The notes beneath the pieces were generated by a model, which worked only from the letters and a program-made list of their open reading frames with translations, did not search any database and had not been told where the DNA came from. A stretch of DNA of 64,000 nucleotides from an uncultured Actinomycetota bacterium (GTDB lineage Bacteria > Actinomycetota > Actinomycetes > Propionibacteriales > Nocardioidaceae): the NCBI GenBank assembly GCA_963728505.1, contig CAVSKH010000003.1, positions 513,352 to 577,351 on the forward strand, given 5' to 3'. A program made the position numbers and the translations under genes. Positions 34,700 through 44,592 of the stretch are shown here, piece after piece; position 1 is the first letter of the stretch, and each line of letters starts with the position of its first letter.

Positions 34700-35800
34700 T
34701 CACCCGGAGTCTGCGCCCAACCGCGCCTCGGGGCGCAGCATCTCCGGGAGCGGCTCACCGTCGGCCGTGGCTGCCAGCTTGCGGCCGAGCCCGGGCGCCT
34801 GCTTGAACAGGTTGTGCCCGACCGGGAAGAGCACTCCGTCGCGCTCCCACACCGCCAGGCCGTCTTCCCCCCAGGGCAGCTGGGTGACCCAGCAGTGCCG
34901 CACGTCGATGGGATCGGGGTCCAGGCCCGGGAGGGCCTGCCGCACGTAGGCCGACGCTCGTGCCGCCAGGTCGGAGAGCTCCTGGGCTGCCGGGAGGCTG
35001 CCGTCCTCACGGACCGGGGTGTAGTTGCTCAGGCCGACGGCGTAGGTCGCGTTCCCCTCCGGTGCTGCGGCATAGACCCCGGTCTCTCCGAAGACGCCGC
35101 TCGAGTCCTGGAGCGTGGCAAGTCTGGCCGGTGCAGCATCCCGCACGGCGTAGGTGAGGCGCACGTGGGCGCCGTGGTGCACGGGCAGCGACAGCCCTAC
35201 CGAGCGGGCGAACCGTCCGGTGCTGCGTCCGGCGCACACCACGGCGCTGCGGTAGCGGCGCGTGCTGCCGCCACTGCGGAGCTCCACCTCGCCGCCCACC
35301 GGTTGCACCGAGAGCACCTCGTCGTGCACGAGTCGGTCGCCGAGCGCGGCGGTCAGGGCACCGACCATCGTGCGGGTGCGGATGGAGCCGCCCCGCTCAT
35401 CGAGCATCGCCGGCCCGTCGAATCCCGCCAGGAGCGGCAACCGGTCGGCGAGCTCGCCGGCACCGATCCGGCGAGCCGGCACACCCGCCTCCTGGAGCAG
35501 CGGCAGCTTGCTGTCGACAGCGGGCCCGATGGCCACTGCACCGTCGTCAGAGACCAGCTGCACGTCGAGCTGCTCGCTCCAGGAGTCGTAGGCAGCGCGG
35601 CTGTCGCACGTGTCCCGGACCAGCCGCGGATCGTCGTGGGCGTGCCGGAAGATTCGTGACTCGCCCCCGGACTGGCCGTTGCCCGGGACTCCCTCCTCGT
35701 AGACCTGGACCCTGACCCCGCGCTCCATGAGGGCGTACGCCGTCGAGAGTCCCACCACGCCGGCGCCGACCACTGCGACGTCCGCGGCTTCACTGCTCAC
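34700..35800 (-). CDS. FAD-dependent oxidoreductase (DAO/sarcosine-oxidase-like)
   Basis: DVAVVGAGVVGLSTAYAL dinucleotide-binding N-terminus. 366 aa. Confidence 0.8.
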   Translation of the reverse strand: MSSEAADVAVVGAGVVGLSTAYALMERGVRVQVYEEGVPGNGQSGGESRIFRHAHDDPRLVRDTCDSRAAYDSWSEQLDVQLVSDDGAVAIGPAVDSKLPLLQEAGVPARRIGAGELADRLPLLAGFDGPAMLDERGGSIRTRTMVGALTAALGDRLVHDEVLSVQPVGGEVELRSGGSTRRYRSAVVCAGRSTGRFARSVGLSLPVHHGAHVRLTYAVRDAAPARLATLQDSSGVFGETGVYAAAPEGNATYAVGLSNYTPVREDGSLPAAQELSDLAARASAYVRQALPGLDPDPIDVRHCWVTQLPWGEDGLAVWERDGVLFPVGHNLFKQAPGLGRKLAATADGEPLPEMLRPEARLGADSG

Positions 35801-35983
35801 CGTGTACCCCTACCCCCAGGCAACACCGGTACACCAGTCCAGCAGCGCGGCGTGGGTTCCTGTCGCGTGTTCGCAGGCCGTGGGACAACCTGGCCGCCGG
35901 GCACCGCGGAGAGGGGCGCTCAGTGCGCCGCCCGGCGGTGGACGTGGTGCTGGCAGGCCCCGGGAACGCCTTAAGGTGCGGGC

Positions 35984-37099
35984 ATGGCAAAGGAAGCTCA
36001 GCAGTCGCAGGACGCGCGCATCGTGCTCTTCGGTGCGACCGGCTACACCGGGTCGCTGACCGCTCAGGCACTGGTGGAGCGCGGCGCCTCCCCGGTGCTC
36101 GCCGGTCGCAACCAGGCAGCGCTGGAGCAGCTTGCCGACGAGCTCGACGGTGACATCGAGGTCGCGGTGGCCGACGCCACCGACCCGACCGCTGTCCGAG
36201 CGCTGCTGGAGCCGGGCGACGTGATCGTCTCCACGGTGGGTCCCTTCATCAAGTTCGGAGAGGCTGCGGTCGCCGCGGCTGCTGAGATGGGGGCGCACTA
36301 CCTCGACTCGACCGGTGAGGGACCCTTCGTCCGCTCGGTCTTCGAGCGTCACGGCCAGGTGGCGGAGAGCAGCGGCGCCACCCTGCTGACGGCCTTCGGG
36401 TTCGACTACGTGCCCGGCAACCTGGCCGGAGCGCTGGCGCTGGAGGAGGCAGGAGCGGGCGCGACCCAGGTCGACGTCTGCTACGTCGCACGGAACTTCA
36501 GCACCTCCGGGGGCACCCGTGCTTCCATCGCAGGCATCATGCTCCAGGACGGCTACGCCTTCCGCGACGCGACCATGCGCAACGCCCGCATGGGGGGTGA
36601 CGTGCGGCGCTTCCAGGGTGGCAGTCGCCCCGCGACCGGCCTCTCGGTGTCCGCCACCGAGCAGTACGGCCTGCCCGCGTCGTACGACGACCTGCGTGAC
36701 GTCAGCGTCTACGTCGCAGTCCCGCCGGGCGTGGCTCGCACGATGGCGCTGGCCGGGCTCGCGATCACCCCGGTCCGTCGCATCGGCGCCCTGCGGTCAC
36801 TGGCGGGGAGCCTGGCCGAGCGGTTCATCCCCGGCTCCACCGGCGGGCCGACACCCGAGCAGCGGGCCCGCGCCAGCGTCGAGATCCTCGCCGAGGCCGG
36901 AGACGGCTCCCACGTCACCGGACGGTCGCGGCTGCGTGGCGGAGACCCCTACGACTTCACCGCCGAGATCCTCGCGTGGGGTGCGGTGAGGGCGGCATCC
37001 GGCGGCCTGCGCGCCAAGGGCGCCTGCGGGCCGGTGGAGGCCTTCGGCCTGAAGGCCTTGCAGGAAGGCTGCGGCGAGGCCGGGCTCGTCCCTGCCTGA
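35984..37099 (+). CDS. saccharopine dehydrogenase NADP-binding domain protein (enoyl-reductase-like)
   Basis: IVLFGATGYTGSLTAQALVERG Rossmann N-terminus. 371 aa. Confidence 0.75.
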   Translation: MAKEAQQSQDARIVLFGATGYTGSLTAQALVERGASPVLAGRNQAALEQLADELDGDIEVAVADATDPTAVRALLEPGDVIVSTVGPFIKFGEAAVAAAAEMGAHYLDSTGEGPFVRSVFERHGQVAESSGATLLTAFGFDYVPGNLAGALALEEAGAGATQVDVCYVARNFSTSGGTRASIAGIMLQDGYAFRDATMRNARMGGDVRRFQGGSRPATGLSVSATEQYGLPASYDDLRDVSVYVAVPPGVARTMALAGLAITPVRRIGALRSLAGSLAERFIPGSTGGPTPEQRARASVEILAEAGDGSHVTGRSRLRGGDPYDFTAEILAWGAVRAASGGLRAKGACGPVEAFGLKALQEGCGEAGLVPA

Positions 37100-37113
37100 G
37101 CAGATCTGCAGAT

Positions 37114-37129
37114 CGGGCTACTCAGCCCG
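37114..37129. terminator. short hairpin between convergent genes
   Basis: cgggct-actc-agcccg (6-bp stem) lies 15 nt after the stop at 37099. It is preceded by the 10-bp palindrome gcagatctgc (37100-37109). Confidence 0.35.
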
Positions 37130-37282
37130 AATCCACCGATCTCCGCCTGCTGCGCAGCACCATCCGGGCACCCCTGGCTGCGTTGGCGCCGCTCACCGGG
37201 CGCCCGGCATGTCATCGCGACGCCGCCTTGCCGTCGCACCCGTCCGGCGCCGCTCGCGACGGCGGCCATCGGTGGATCCTGG

Positions 37283-37615
37283 CTACTTCGGCGGCAGGCC
37301 GCGGACGTAGCCGACCCCGATCGCGACCCACTCACGAAGCTGCGCGTCGTCCTCGACGCCCTCGGCACCCACCCGCAGCCAGCCGGCCATCGCGCGACCG
37401 CGCATCTCGAACGGCTCGGCGTGCTCGCGCGCCGCGAGCTCCTCGGTCTGCTCGCGCGGGACCCGCAGCATCAGCCCGCCCTGCCCACTGACTCCGACCG
37501 CCATGTGGCCGTCGAGCATGAAGCCGATCCCGCCGAACATCTGCTTCGAGGTCAGGCCGGGCTCGGGATCCAGGACGTCGCGCACCCGGTCGGCCAGCTC
37601 CTCGTCGTACGCCAT
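37283..37615 (-). CDS. TfoX N-terminal domain protein
   Basis: MAYDEELADRVRDVL...KQMFGGIGFMLDGHMAVGV...MRGRAMAGWLRV. 110 aa. Confidence 0.75.
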   Translation of the reverse strand: MAYDEELADRVRDVLDPEPGLTSKQMFGGIGFMLDGHMAVGVSGQGGLMLRVPREQTEELAAREHAEPFEMRGRAMAGWLRVGAEGVEDDAQLREWVAIGVGYVRGLPPK

Positions 37616-37781
37616 GGGCAGACCCTAGGTCTCTGACACGCCCGGACGACACTCCGGGCCCCGATGGACACGCCACTGACACGCCGGTGACACGCCCGGC
37701 CTGCTTGCGGCACGCCGAGCAGCCCTGATAGTCCTCTTCGCTCAGGTGTTCGAAGGCAGTGTGTCGAAGACAGGTGGCCAG

Positions 37782-38972
37782 ATGGGCGAGTGGCGGTCCA
37801 CGGAGAACGACCTGCCACCTGCCCCCGATGGACCGGTGACCGTCAGGGTCACGTGCTCCACCGGGCCCCGCTCCACCGCGAGACATCCGGTGACCCTGCA
37901 CCCCGACTGGTCCCTCACCACCCCCCACGACCTGGAGGCCGAGCGCATCCTCGCCGCGCTCGGTGGCACCCTGTCCTGTCTCACCCTGGCCGACGTCGTG
38001 GTGCCCACGCTGCGCGACCTGGTGCAGCTGTCCGGGAGGCACCGCCTGGCCGGCGTCGTCCGCAGCGGCACCAAGCGGTGGCGCTGGCGCGTGGTCTCCG
38101 GGAGCTGCCGCCGGTGCAAGGCTCGCTCCTTCGCCACCCTGGTCGACGCGGTGCGTCACGAACGCACCGTCGAGCACTGGGCCGAGACGCCCGCCATGCT
38201 CGACGCGGGTCGGCCGGCACGTGAGTCGCTGGGCGAGCTCTACGACGCGGTCGGCCGGGCACATCGACGTGCGATGCTCGATGTCCCTCGTCCGTTCGCC
38301 CACCAGCACGTCCTCGAGGACCACGGGATGGCCGAGCTGCGGGGCCTCGGCGTCCCGGAGGAGTATGTCGACCACGTCCACGAGCGCGTGTGGCGCGACG
38401 GTCCGCCCCTGCCGGTGCGGTTCTACCTCGCCGCGGCCTATCTGGCACCCGACCTCGACTGGCTCGCCTCCGTCGCCCGAAGCCGCCCCGAAGCCGATGT
38501 GCTCACGTGGGCCGCGTGGACCGAGACCCCCCTCGACCGCAGCGAGCCGCAGTTGCGGCTGCGATGGCTGTCGCTGGGGGTGAGCACTCACGACACCGCG
38601 CAGCTGATGCACGCCGGTTGTCCACCGAACGACGTCGAGGTCTACGCCCAGCAGGCCGGCACCAGCCACGCACGGGCCGCCACCGTCCTCGCGGCGTGGG
38701 ACGCCGTGGACTGCAGACCGGGGCCCTCGGAGCTGATGGCCCTGGACCGAACTGTCGGAGCCTCGTGGCAGCCTCCCTCGGGTGGCGCCATCGACCTGCT
38801 CATGGATGCGGTGCGAGGGCTCCGGCCCGAGCCGACGCGGACACAGGCCGCGATCGTCCTCGCGGCCGTCGGCACCCGACCCAACGCCTTGGCCGTGCTG
38901 CGCGCGGGCGCTCGCGACCCGGCGACGGCCCAAGCACAGCTCGAGCAGCTCCTCGGCAGCCACCGGGGCTGA
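37782..38972 (+). CDS. hypothetical protein (396 aa) preceding MoxR-like ATPase and vWA genes
   Basis: High third-position GC. The opposite-strand 569-aa ORF is a G/R shadow. Start taken at MGEWRS. Helical-repeat-like C-terminal half. No family recognised. Confidence 0.55.
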   Translation: MGEWRSTENDLPPAPDGPVTVRVTCSTGPRSTARHPVTLHPDWSLTTPHDLEAERILAALGGTLSCLTLADVVVPTLRDLVQLSGRHRLAGVVRSGTKRWRWRVVSGSCRRCKARSFATLVDAVRHERTVEHWAETPAMLDAGRPARESLGELYDAVGRAHRRAMLDVPRPFAHQHVLEDHGMAELRGLGVPEEYVDHVHERVWRDGPPLPVRFYLAAAYLAPDLDWLASVARSRPEADVLTWAAWTETPLDRSEPQLRLRWLSLGVSTHDTAQLMHAGCPPNDVEVYAQQAGTSHARAATVLAAWDAVDCRPGPSELMALDRTVGASWQPPSGGAIDLLMDAVRGLRPEPTRTQAAIVLAAVGTRPNALAVLRAGARDPATAQAQLEQLLGSHRG

Positions 38973-39021
38973 GGCAGGACCACCGACCGACCGATGACTG
39001 ACCGCCCCGAGGAGAAGACCG

Positions 39022-40167
39022 TTGACCGTCCGCACTCGCACTGACTACGAGCACGTCCTCACCGCCCTCGGGATCTGCGTCGCCGCCCGCGTGCCGGTGC
39101 TGCTGTGGGGCAACCCGGGAGAGGGCAAGACCTCGGTGGTCGAGTCCGCAGCCGCGAGCGGATGGCTGGTGGAGAGCTTGATCGTGAGTCACTACGAGCC
39201 CAGCGACTTCGCGGGCCTGCCGGTCCTCACCGGGCCCGACGGGGGTGCGCGCACCGTCACCCTGGCGCCACCCGAGTGGGCCAAGCGGCTGGCCGATCAC
39301 CCGGGGCCGGCGATCGCGTTCTTCGACGAGTTCAGCACCGCCTCCCCTGCTCTCCAGGCCGCGGCGCTGCGGCCGCTGACGCACTACGAGGTCGGGTCGC
39401 TGCAGCTGCCCCCGACGGTCTCGTTCGTCGCCGCCGCCAACCCCTCCGACGTGGCCGCGGCCGGATGGGAGCTGGCGGCCCCGACCGCCTCGCGCTTCGT
39501 CCACCTCGACTGGGCGCTGCCGCTGGAGGTCTACGCCGAGGCGATGGTCACCGGAGACTGGCCCGACATGCCGGTGCCCGACGTCTCCACCCGGACCGCT
39601 GAGACCGAGCAGCGCGAGCGGGTCCTGGTCTCGGGTTTCCTGCGCACGCGGGAGTCGCAGCTGAGCGTGATCCCCACCAGCGCGACCGACCGCGGCCGGG
39701 CCTTCCCCACACCGCGCACCTGGGACTACCTGGCTCGGCTGCTCGGCCTGGCCCGAGCGGTCGACGCGCCGGCCTCCGTGCGCCGACTGCTGGCGGGGGG
39801 CTGCGTGGGCGAGGCCGTGGCCCACGAGTACCTGGCCTGGGTGGCGGCACAGGACCTCATCGACCCCGAGAAGCTGCTGGGCGACCCGGCCTCGCACGAC
39901 TGGACCGGCATGCGGCCCGACCGGGTCTACGTGAGCCTGCAGGCGGTGCTCGCCGCAATCGCGCGCGACAACACCTCCGAGCGGTGGACCAACGCGCTGC
40001 TGGCGTGCTGCCGCGCCGCCGACGCCGTCGGGGTCGACCCGGCTGTCCCCGTGGTGCGGGCCCTGGTGCGCGACGGTCAACGCCCACGGGGAGCCGCGGT
40101 CCCGCCGGAGATCAAGGTCTTCGCTCCCGCGCTGGCCCTGGCCGGGCTGCTGCCCGGCGCCGCCTGA
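39022..40167 (+). CDS. AAA+ ATPase, MoxR/AAA_5 class
   Basis: Walker A LLWGNPGEGKTS, Walker B AIAFFDEF, sensor-1 region FVAAANP. TTG start at 39022 is preceded by gaggag. Confidence 0.8.
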   Translation: MTVRTRTDYEHVLTALGICVAARVPVLLWGNPGEGKTSVVESAAASGWLVESLIVSHYEPSDFAGLPVLTGPDGGARTVTLAPPEWAKRLADHPGPAIAFFDEFSTASPALQAAALRPLTHYEVGSLQLPPTVSFVAAANPSDVAAAGWELAAPTASRFVHLDWALPLEVYAEAMVTGDWPDMPVPDVSTRTAETEQRERVLVSGFLRTRESQLSVIPTSATDRGRAFPTPRTWDYLARLLGLARAVDAPASVRRLLAGGCVGEAVAHEYLAWVAAQDLIDPEKLLGDPASHDWTGMRPDRVYVSLQAVLAAIARDNTSERWTNALLACCRAADAVGVDPAVPVVRALVRDGQRPRGAAVPPEIKVFAPALALAGLLPGAA

Positions 40168-40178
40168 AGGCCGCTGAC

Positions 40179-41435
40179 GTGGGCGACCACCTGCTCGACC
40201 GGCTGGCAGCGGCCAAGCTGTGGCTGATCACCGACCCGTCGAGCGCTCAGGCGACGCAACCCGGGCTGGCCTACCTCGCCACCGCGCTCTATGCGCTGGT
40301 GCCGGTGCTCACCACCGACGTCGAGCAGATGAGCGTCGACGAGCGGTGGCGGGTCTACGTCGACCCGACCTGGCTGGCCCAGGCCGAGATCCCGGTCGTC
40401 GCCGGGGAGCTGGCCCATGTCACCTGGCACCTGTTGCTCGACCACGCCGACCGCGCGCGCGACCAGCACGTCGACTCCACCACCGCCGCGGCCTGGCACA
40501 CCGCCGCGGACGCGACGATCCACGACACCCTCGGGGCGCAGCTGGTGCCGCAGCTCCCCTCCCCCGCCGAGCACGGGCTGCGGCCGGGCAGATCGGCGGA
40601 GGAGCACTACGCACAGCTGTCCCGACTGCCGCCCGCCACCGGCGAGCCCTCGGGCCCGCCCGACCACCGCGACGACGCGGGCCCTGACCTCGCCGGCTGC
40701 GGCAGCGGGTGTGACGCTCTGCTGCGCCGCCACGAGCTGGCCCCCGGCGCGGACGCCGAGGTCGACCCCGAGGAGGCACGACACATCCGCCGGCAGGTCG
40801 CGATCGCCTACCGCGAGCACTGCACCCGTGTGGGCAGTGAGCCCGGCGAGGCCTGGCGCTGGACGCGGGAGATCCTCGAGCCCAGGATCGCCTGGGAGCC
40901 GTTGCTCTCCCAGGCGGTGCGTCGCGCGGTCGGCTGGGCCCACGGTCACTCCGAGTACACCTACCGACGGCCCTCCCGGCGAGCCGGTGCGGTCGCGGGA
41001 ATCGTGCTCCCGGCGACGCGACGGCCGCTTCCGAGGGTGGCGATGGTCGTCGACACCTCAGGGTCGGTCGACGACACCCTGCTCGGGCGGGCGCTCGGCG
41101 AGGTCGACGGCGCGCTCCGAGCCCTCGGGGTCTCCGGAGAAGCGGTCTCGGTGCTGGCCTGCGACGCGGCCGCCGCACCCGTGCAGCGGGTGCGGCGCAG
41201 CGCCGACGTGCGACTGGCCGGGGGTGGCGGCACCGACATGCGAGCGGGCATGTCTTCGGCGGCCGCGCTTCGGCCGCGCCCCGACCTGGTCGTGGTGCTC
41301 ACCGACGGCTACACCCCCTGGCCACACACTCCACCTCCGGGCAGCGCGGTGGTCGTCGCGCTGCTCGGACGCGACCGTCGGCAGCTGCCGCCGACACCGT
41401 CGTGGGCGACACGCGTGGAGTGCCTGCTCGACTGA
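40179..41435 (+). CDS. putative metallopeptidase-like N-domain + vWA domain protein (DUF2201-type partner of MoxR ATPases)
   Basis: GTG start 12 nt after the ATPase stop. N-domain motif ELAHVTWHLLLDH. vWA MIDAS elements VVDTSGSV, GGGGTD, VLTDG. Confidence 0.7.
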   Translation: MGDHLLDRLAAAKLWLITDPSSAQATQPGLAYLATALYALVPVLTTDVEQMSVDERWRVYVDPTWLAQAEIPVVAGELAHVTWHLLLDHADRARDQHVDSTTAAAWHTAADATIHDTLGAQLVPQLPSPAEHGLRPGRSAEEHYAQLSRLPPATGEPSGPPDHRDDAGPDLAGCGSGCDALLRRHELAPGADAEVDPEEARHIRRQVAIAYREHCTRVGSEPGEAWRWTREILEPRIAWEPLLSQAVRRAVGWAHGHSEYTYRRPSRRAGAVAGIVLPATRRPLPRVAMVVDTSGSVDDTLLGRALGEVDGALRALGVSGEAVSVLACDAAAAPVQRVRRSADVRLAGGGGTDMRAGMSSAAALRPRPDLVVVLTDGYTPWPHTPPPGSAVVVALLGRDRRQLPPTPSWATRVECLLD

Positions 41436-41477
41436 GCCCAGGTGACCCGGCCTGAGACGCTGGTGCGAGGAGGTGCG

Positions 41478-42752
41478 ATGCGTTCCACGCCGTACTGGCT
41501 CGACACCTGTGAAGCCGGTCCCGACCGCTCGACCACGCAGGTCGAGGGCGCTGTCGACGTCGCAGTCGTCGGCGCCGGGCTCACCGGCCTGTCCACGGCG
41601 CTGCACCTTGCGCGTCGCGGAGTGCGGGTGGCGGTGCTGGAGGCCGATCGGGTGGCCAGCGGCGCCTCCGGGCGCAACGGCGGGATGGCGGCACCGGGGA
41701 TGACCGTCCCGCTCGGCAAGGCGATCGAGCGCCACGGGCTCGAGGTCGCGGCTCGCTGGCAGTGGCTCTACGCCGAGGCGATCGACACCGTGGAGCGACT
41801 GGTCGCCGAGGAGGGCATCGACTGCGGCTTCCAGCGCACCGGCAAGCTCACCCTCGCCTGGAAGCCTGGGCACCTCGATGGTCTGCGGGCCGCCCAGGAA
41901 ACGCTCAGCGAACAGATGGGCTACGAGACCTCGCTGGTGACCCGCGACCAGCTCGACTCCGAGATCGGGTCCCCGGCCTACCACGGAGCGCTGCTCGACC
42001 GGCGCGGTGCGACGCTGCACGTCGGCAGGTTCACTCGCGGGCTCGCCGAGGCGGCGGCGCTCCACGGCGCGCAGGTCCACGAGCGGGCCGAGGTCACGGA
42101 CCTGAGGCGTCGCGGTGTGGCTCACGAGGTGGTGACCTCCCGCGGCTCGGTGCTGGCCGACCAGGTGCTCGTCGCCACCAGCGGCTACACCCGGCGCCCG
42201 TTCCGCTGGCTGCAGGTCAGGGTCGCCCCGGTGGGCAGCTTCATCGTGGTCACCGAGCCGCTCGGCGCCGACGTCTGTGACGACCTGCTCCCGCACCGCC
42301 GTGCCGCCTCCGACACCAAGAACCTTCTCCACTACTTCCGGACCACTCCCGACCAACGCCTGCTGTTCGGTGGGCGGGCTCGCTTCGCGATGTCGACCCC
42401 CCGGTCCGACGCGAAGAGCGGACGTGTGCTGCGCTCGGCGATGACCGAGGTCTTCCCGCAGCTGAGCGAGGCGGGCATCGACTACTGCTGGGGCGGGCTG
42501 GTCGACATGACGCTCGACCGGATGGTCCACGCCGGGGAGCACGACGGCGTGCACTACTCCCTGGGGTACTCCGGCCACGGCGTGCAGATGGCCACGCACA
42601 TGGGCGCACGGATGGCCGACGTGCTCACCGGGAGTCCCGAGGCCAACCCGTGGGGTGAGCTGCCGTTCCGCCGGATCCCCGGGCACGTCGGACCACCATG
42701 GTTCCTGCCGTTTGCAGGCGCCTACTACAAGGCGTTGGATGTCCTTCGATGA
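41478..42752 (+). CDS. FAD-dependent oxidoreductase (DAO family, gamma-glutamylputrescine-oxidase-like)
   Basis: VDVAVVGAGLTGLSTALHLARRG ... SGRNGG. ATG at 41478 is preceded by gaggagg. GTG at 41442 is an alternative start. Confidence 0.8.
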   Translation: MRSTPYWLDTCEAGPDRSTTQVEGAVDVAVVGAGLTGLSTALHLARRGVRVAVLEADRVASGASGRNGGMAAPGMTVPLGKAIERHGLEVAARWQWLYAEAIDTVERLVAEEGIDCGFQRTGKLTLAWKPGHLDGLRAAQETLSEQMGYETSLVTRDQLDSEIGSPAYHGALLDRRGATLHVGRFTRGLAEAAALHGAQVHERAEVTDLRRRGVAHEVVTSRGSVLADQVLVATSGYTRRPFRWLQVRVAPVGSFIVVTEPLGADVCDDLLPHRRAASDTKNLLHYFRTTPDQRLLFGGRARFAMSTPRSDAKSGRVLRSAMTEVFPQLSEAGIDYCWGGLVDMTLDRMVHAGEHDGVHYSLGYSGHGVQMATHMGARMADVLTGSPEANPWGELPFRRIPGHVGPPWFLPFAGAYYKALDVLR

Positions 42753-43690
42753 CTTCGAGCGAATCCTCCGAGGGCCAGGGCCACGGTCACGGGTTGACGC
42801 CGCTGGACGCGGCCAACGCCGGTGCGCGCTACCGCCGACCGCTGCTGGTCGCGTTCGTGCTGACCACGTCGTTCGTGGCGGTCGAGGTCGTCGTCGGTCT
42901 GTTGTCCGGATCTCTGGCCCTGCTCTCCGACGCCGGCCACATGCTCTCCGACGCCGGCGGCCTCGGGATGTCGCTCGCGGCGATCTCGCTGGCCGTCCAC
43001 GGCAGCAGCGCCTCGCACCGCACCTTCGGGTGGTACCGGCTGGAGATCCTGGCGTCGCTGGCCAACACGGTGCTCCTGTTCGCGGTCGCGGCGTACGTGA
43101 TGTGGGAGGCCGTGGCGCGCCTCGGCGGGGACCAGGAGGTCGCCTCCACCCCGATGATCGTCGTCGCCGTTGTCGGGCTGGCGGTCAACCTGGCCTGCTT
43201 CTGGTTGCTGCGGGCAGGCGCCAAGGAGAGCCTGAACCTGCGCGGCGCCTACCTGGAGGTGGTCGCCGACGCCGTCGGCTCGGTGGGGGTGCTGGTCGCC
43301 GCGGTGGTGATCGCGCTCACCGGGTGGCAGCCGGTCGACTCGCTGATGGCCGTGGCGATCGGACTGTTCATCCTCCCCCGCGCCTACCGCCTGGGCCGCG
43401 ACAGCCTGCGGATCCTGGTGGAGTCGGCGCCGGCTCATGTCGACGTCGAGCAGGTCGAGACCGACCTGCGCCAGCTCCCGGACGTGGTGGGGCTGCACGA
43501 CCTGCACGTCTGGACGATCACCTCGGGCATGGATGCGGTCAGCGTGCACCTGGTGGTCGCACCCGGCAGCGACACCCACGCCACGCTCGACCAGGCGCGC
43601 CAGGCGCTGGAGACCCAGCACCGGATCAGCCACGCGACGGTGCAGATCGAGCCCAGCAACCACCGGGGATGCCACCTCGTCCAGTGGTGA
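42749..43690 (+). CDS. cation diffusion facilitator transporter (CzcD/ZitB-like)
   Basis: ATG overlaps the upstream stop (ATGA). His-rich N-terminus GHGHG. Motifs: LALLSDAGHMLSD, YLEVVADAVGS, HDLHVW. Confidence 0.85.
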   Translation: MTSSESSEGQGHGHGLTPLDAANAGARYRRPLLVAFVLTTSFVAVEVVVGLLSGSLALLSDAGHMLSDAGGLGMSLAAISLAVHGSSASHRTFGWYRLEILASLANTVLLFAVAAYVMWEAVARLGGDQEVASTPMIVVAVVGLAVNLACFWLLRAGAKESLNLRGAYLEVVADAVGSVGVLVAAVVIALTGWQPVDSLMAVAIGLFILPRAYRLGRDSLRILVESAPAHVDVEQVETDLRQLPDVVGLHDLHVWTITSGMDAVSVHLVVAPGSDTHATLDQARQALETQHRISHATVQIEPSNHRGCHLVQW

Positions 43691-43921
43691 ACCACACGCG
43701 TCCGTCTGGTTTGAGCGGAATGTCGATTGGGTACCCCGCAGGTATCGGGCGTGCTGGGAGCTGTACGCCGAACCGAGCCGCAGACCTCGGGAGGGTCCAT
43801 GCTGGTCAGGGAAATGGCACTACTCGTTCGAGATGTCGTCAGGGCGTGCGTGGAGCTGGCGCGACCGGCCTGACGCACTCCCCCGGCTGCCGGCCACTGC
43901 CTGCGAGGTAGCGTCGCCACC

Positions 43922-44581
43922 ATGACTGTGGTTGCCGTTGTCGGAGGACATGGACAGATCGCCCGCCTGCTTCACCCGCACCTGCTCGAGGCAGGTCACA
44001 CTCCTGTCGCGCTGGTGCGCAAGGAGGACCAGGCGCGCGCCTTGGAGGACCAAGGGGTGCAGACCCGGATGCTCGACATCGAGAGCCAGGACGTCGACGC
44101 GTTCGCTGCGGCCTTCGAGGGGTGCGACGCCGTGGTCTTCGCCGCTGGGGGTGGCGCCGACGGCGACCCCGAGCGCAAGCGCACCGTGGACCTGGAAGGG
44201 TCGTTGAAGTCGATCGAGGCCGCCGAGCGGGTCGGAGCCCGCCGCTTCGTCCAGATCTCGGCGATCGGGGTCGACGACGAGCTGCCTGAGGACGCGGGCG
44301 ATGTCTGGCGGGTCTACGTCGAGGCCAAGCGCGACAGCGACGCCGCCCTGCGAGGCAGTGACCTGGACTGGACCATCCTTCGCCCCGGGAAGCTCACCGA
44401 CGACTCCGCCACCGGCCAGGTCGACCTCGGCGAAGACGTGTCGCGCGGTGAGATCAGCCGCGGCGACGTCGCGGCCGTCACGGCGGCCGTGCTGACTGAC
44501 GAGCGGTCGGTCGGCAGGCAGTGGAACGTCGTCGGCGGTGACACCCCGGTCGACGACGCGGTCTCCGCGGCGCTGGCCTGA
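43922..44581 (+). CDS. NAD(P)H-binding SDR/NmrA-like oxidoreductase
   Basis: VAVVGGHGQIARLL N-terminus. 219 aa, typical of atypical-SDR NAD(P)-binding proteins. Confidence 0.75.
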   Translation: MTVVAVVGGHGQIARLLHPHLLEAGHTPVALVRKEDQARALEDQGVQTRMLDIESQDVDAFAAAFEGCDAVVFAAGGGADGDPERKRTVDLEGSLKSIEAAERVGARRFVQISAIGVDDELPEDAGDVWRVYVEAKRDSDAALRGSDLDWTILRPGKLTDDSATGQVDLGEDVSRGEISRGDVAAVTAAVLTDERSVGRQWNVVGGDTPVDDAVSAALA

Positions 44582-44592
44582 CCGGGATCGCC

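Noticed and set aside
37332-39041. 569-aa minus-strand ORF opposite the 396-aa hypothetical gene
   Set aside because: It has Gly/Arg-rich shadow composition and overlaps the well-supported TfoX gene out of frame. The plus frame has high third-position GC and normal composition.
43691-43921. Lower-GC 230-bp intergenic region after the CDF transporter; examined for a riboswitch, sRNA or small ORF
   Set aside because: I could not recognise any known RNA motif or a convincing coding frame with an RBS. It may simply hold the promoter of the SDR gene.
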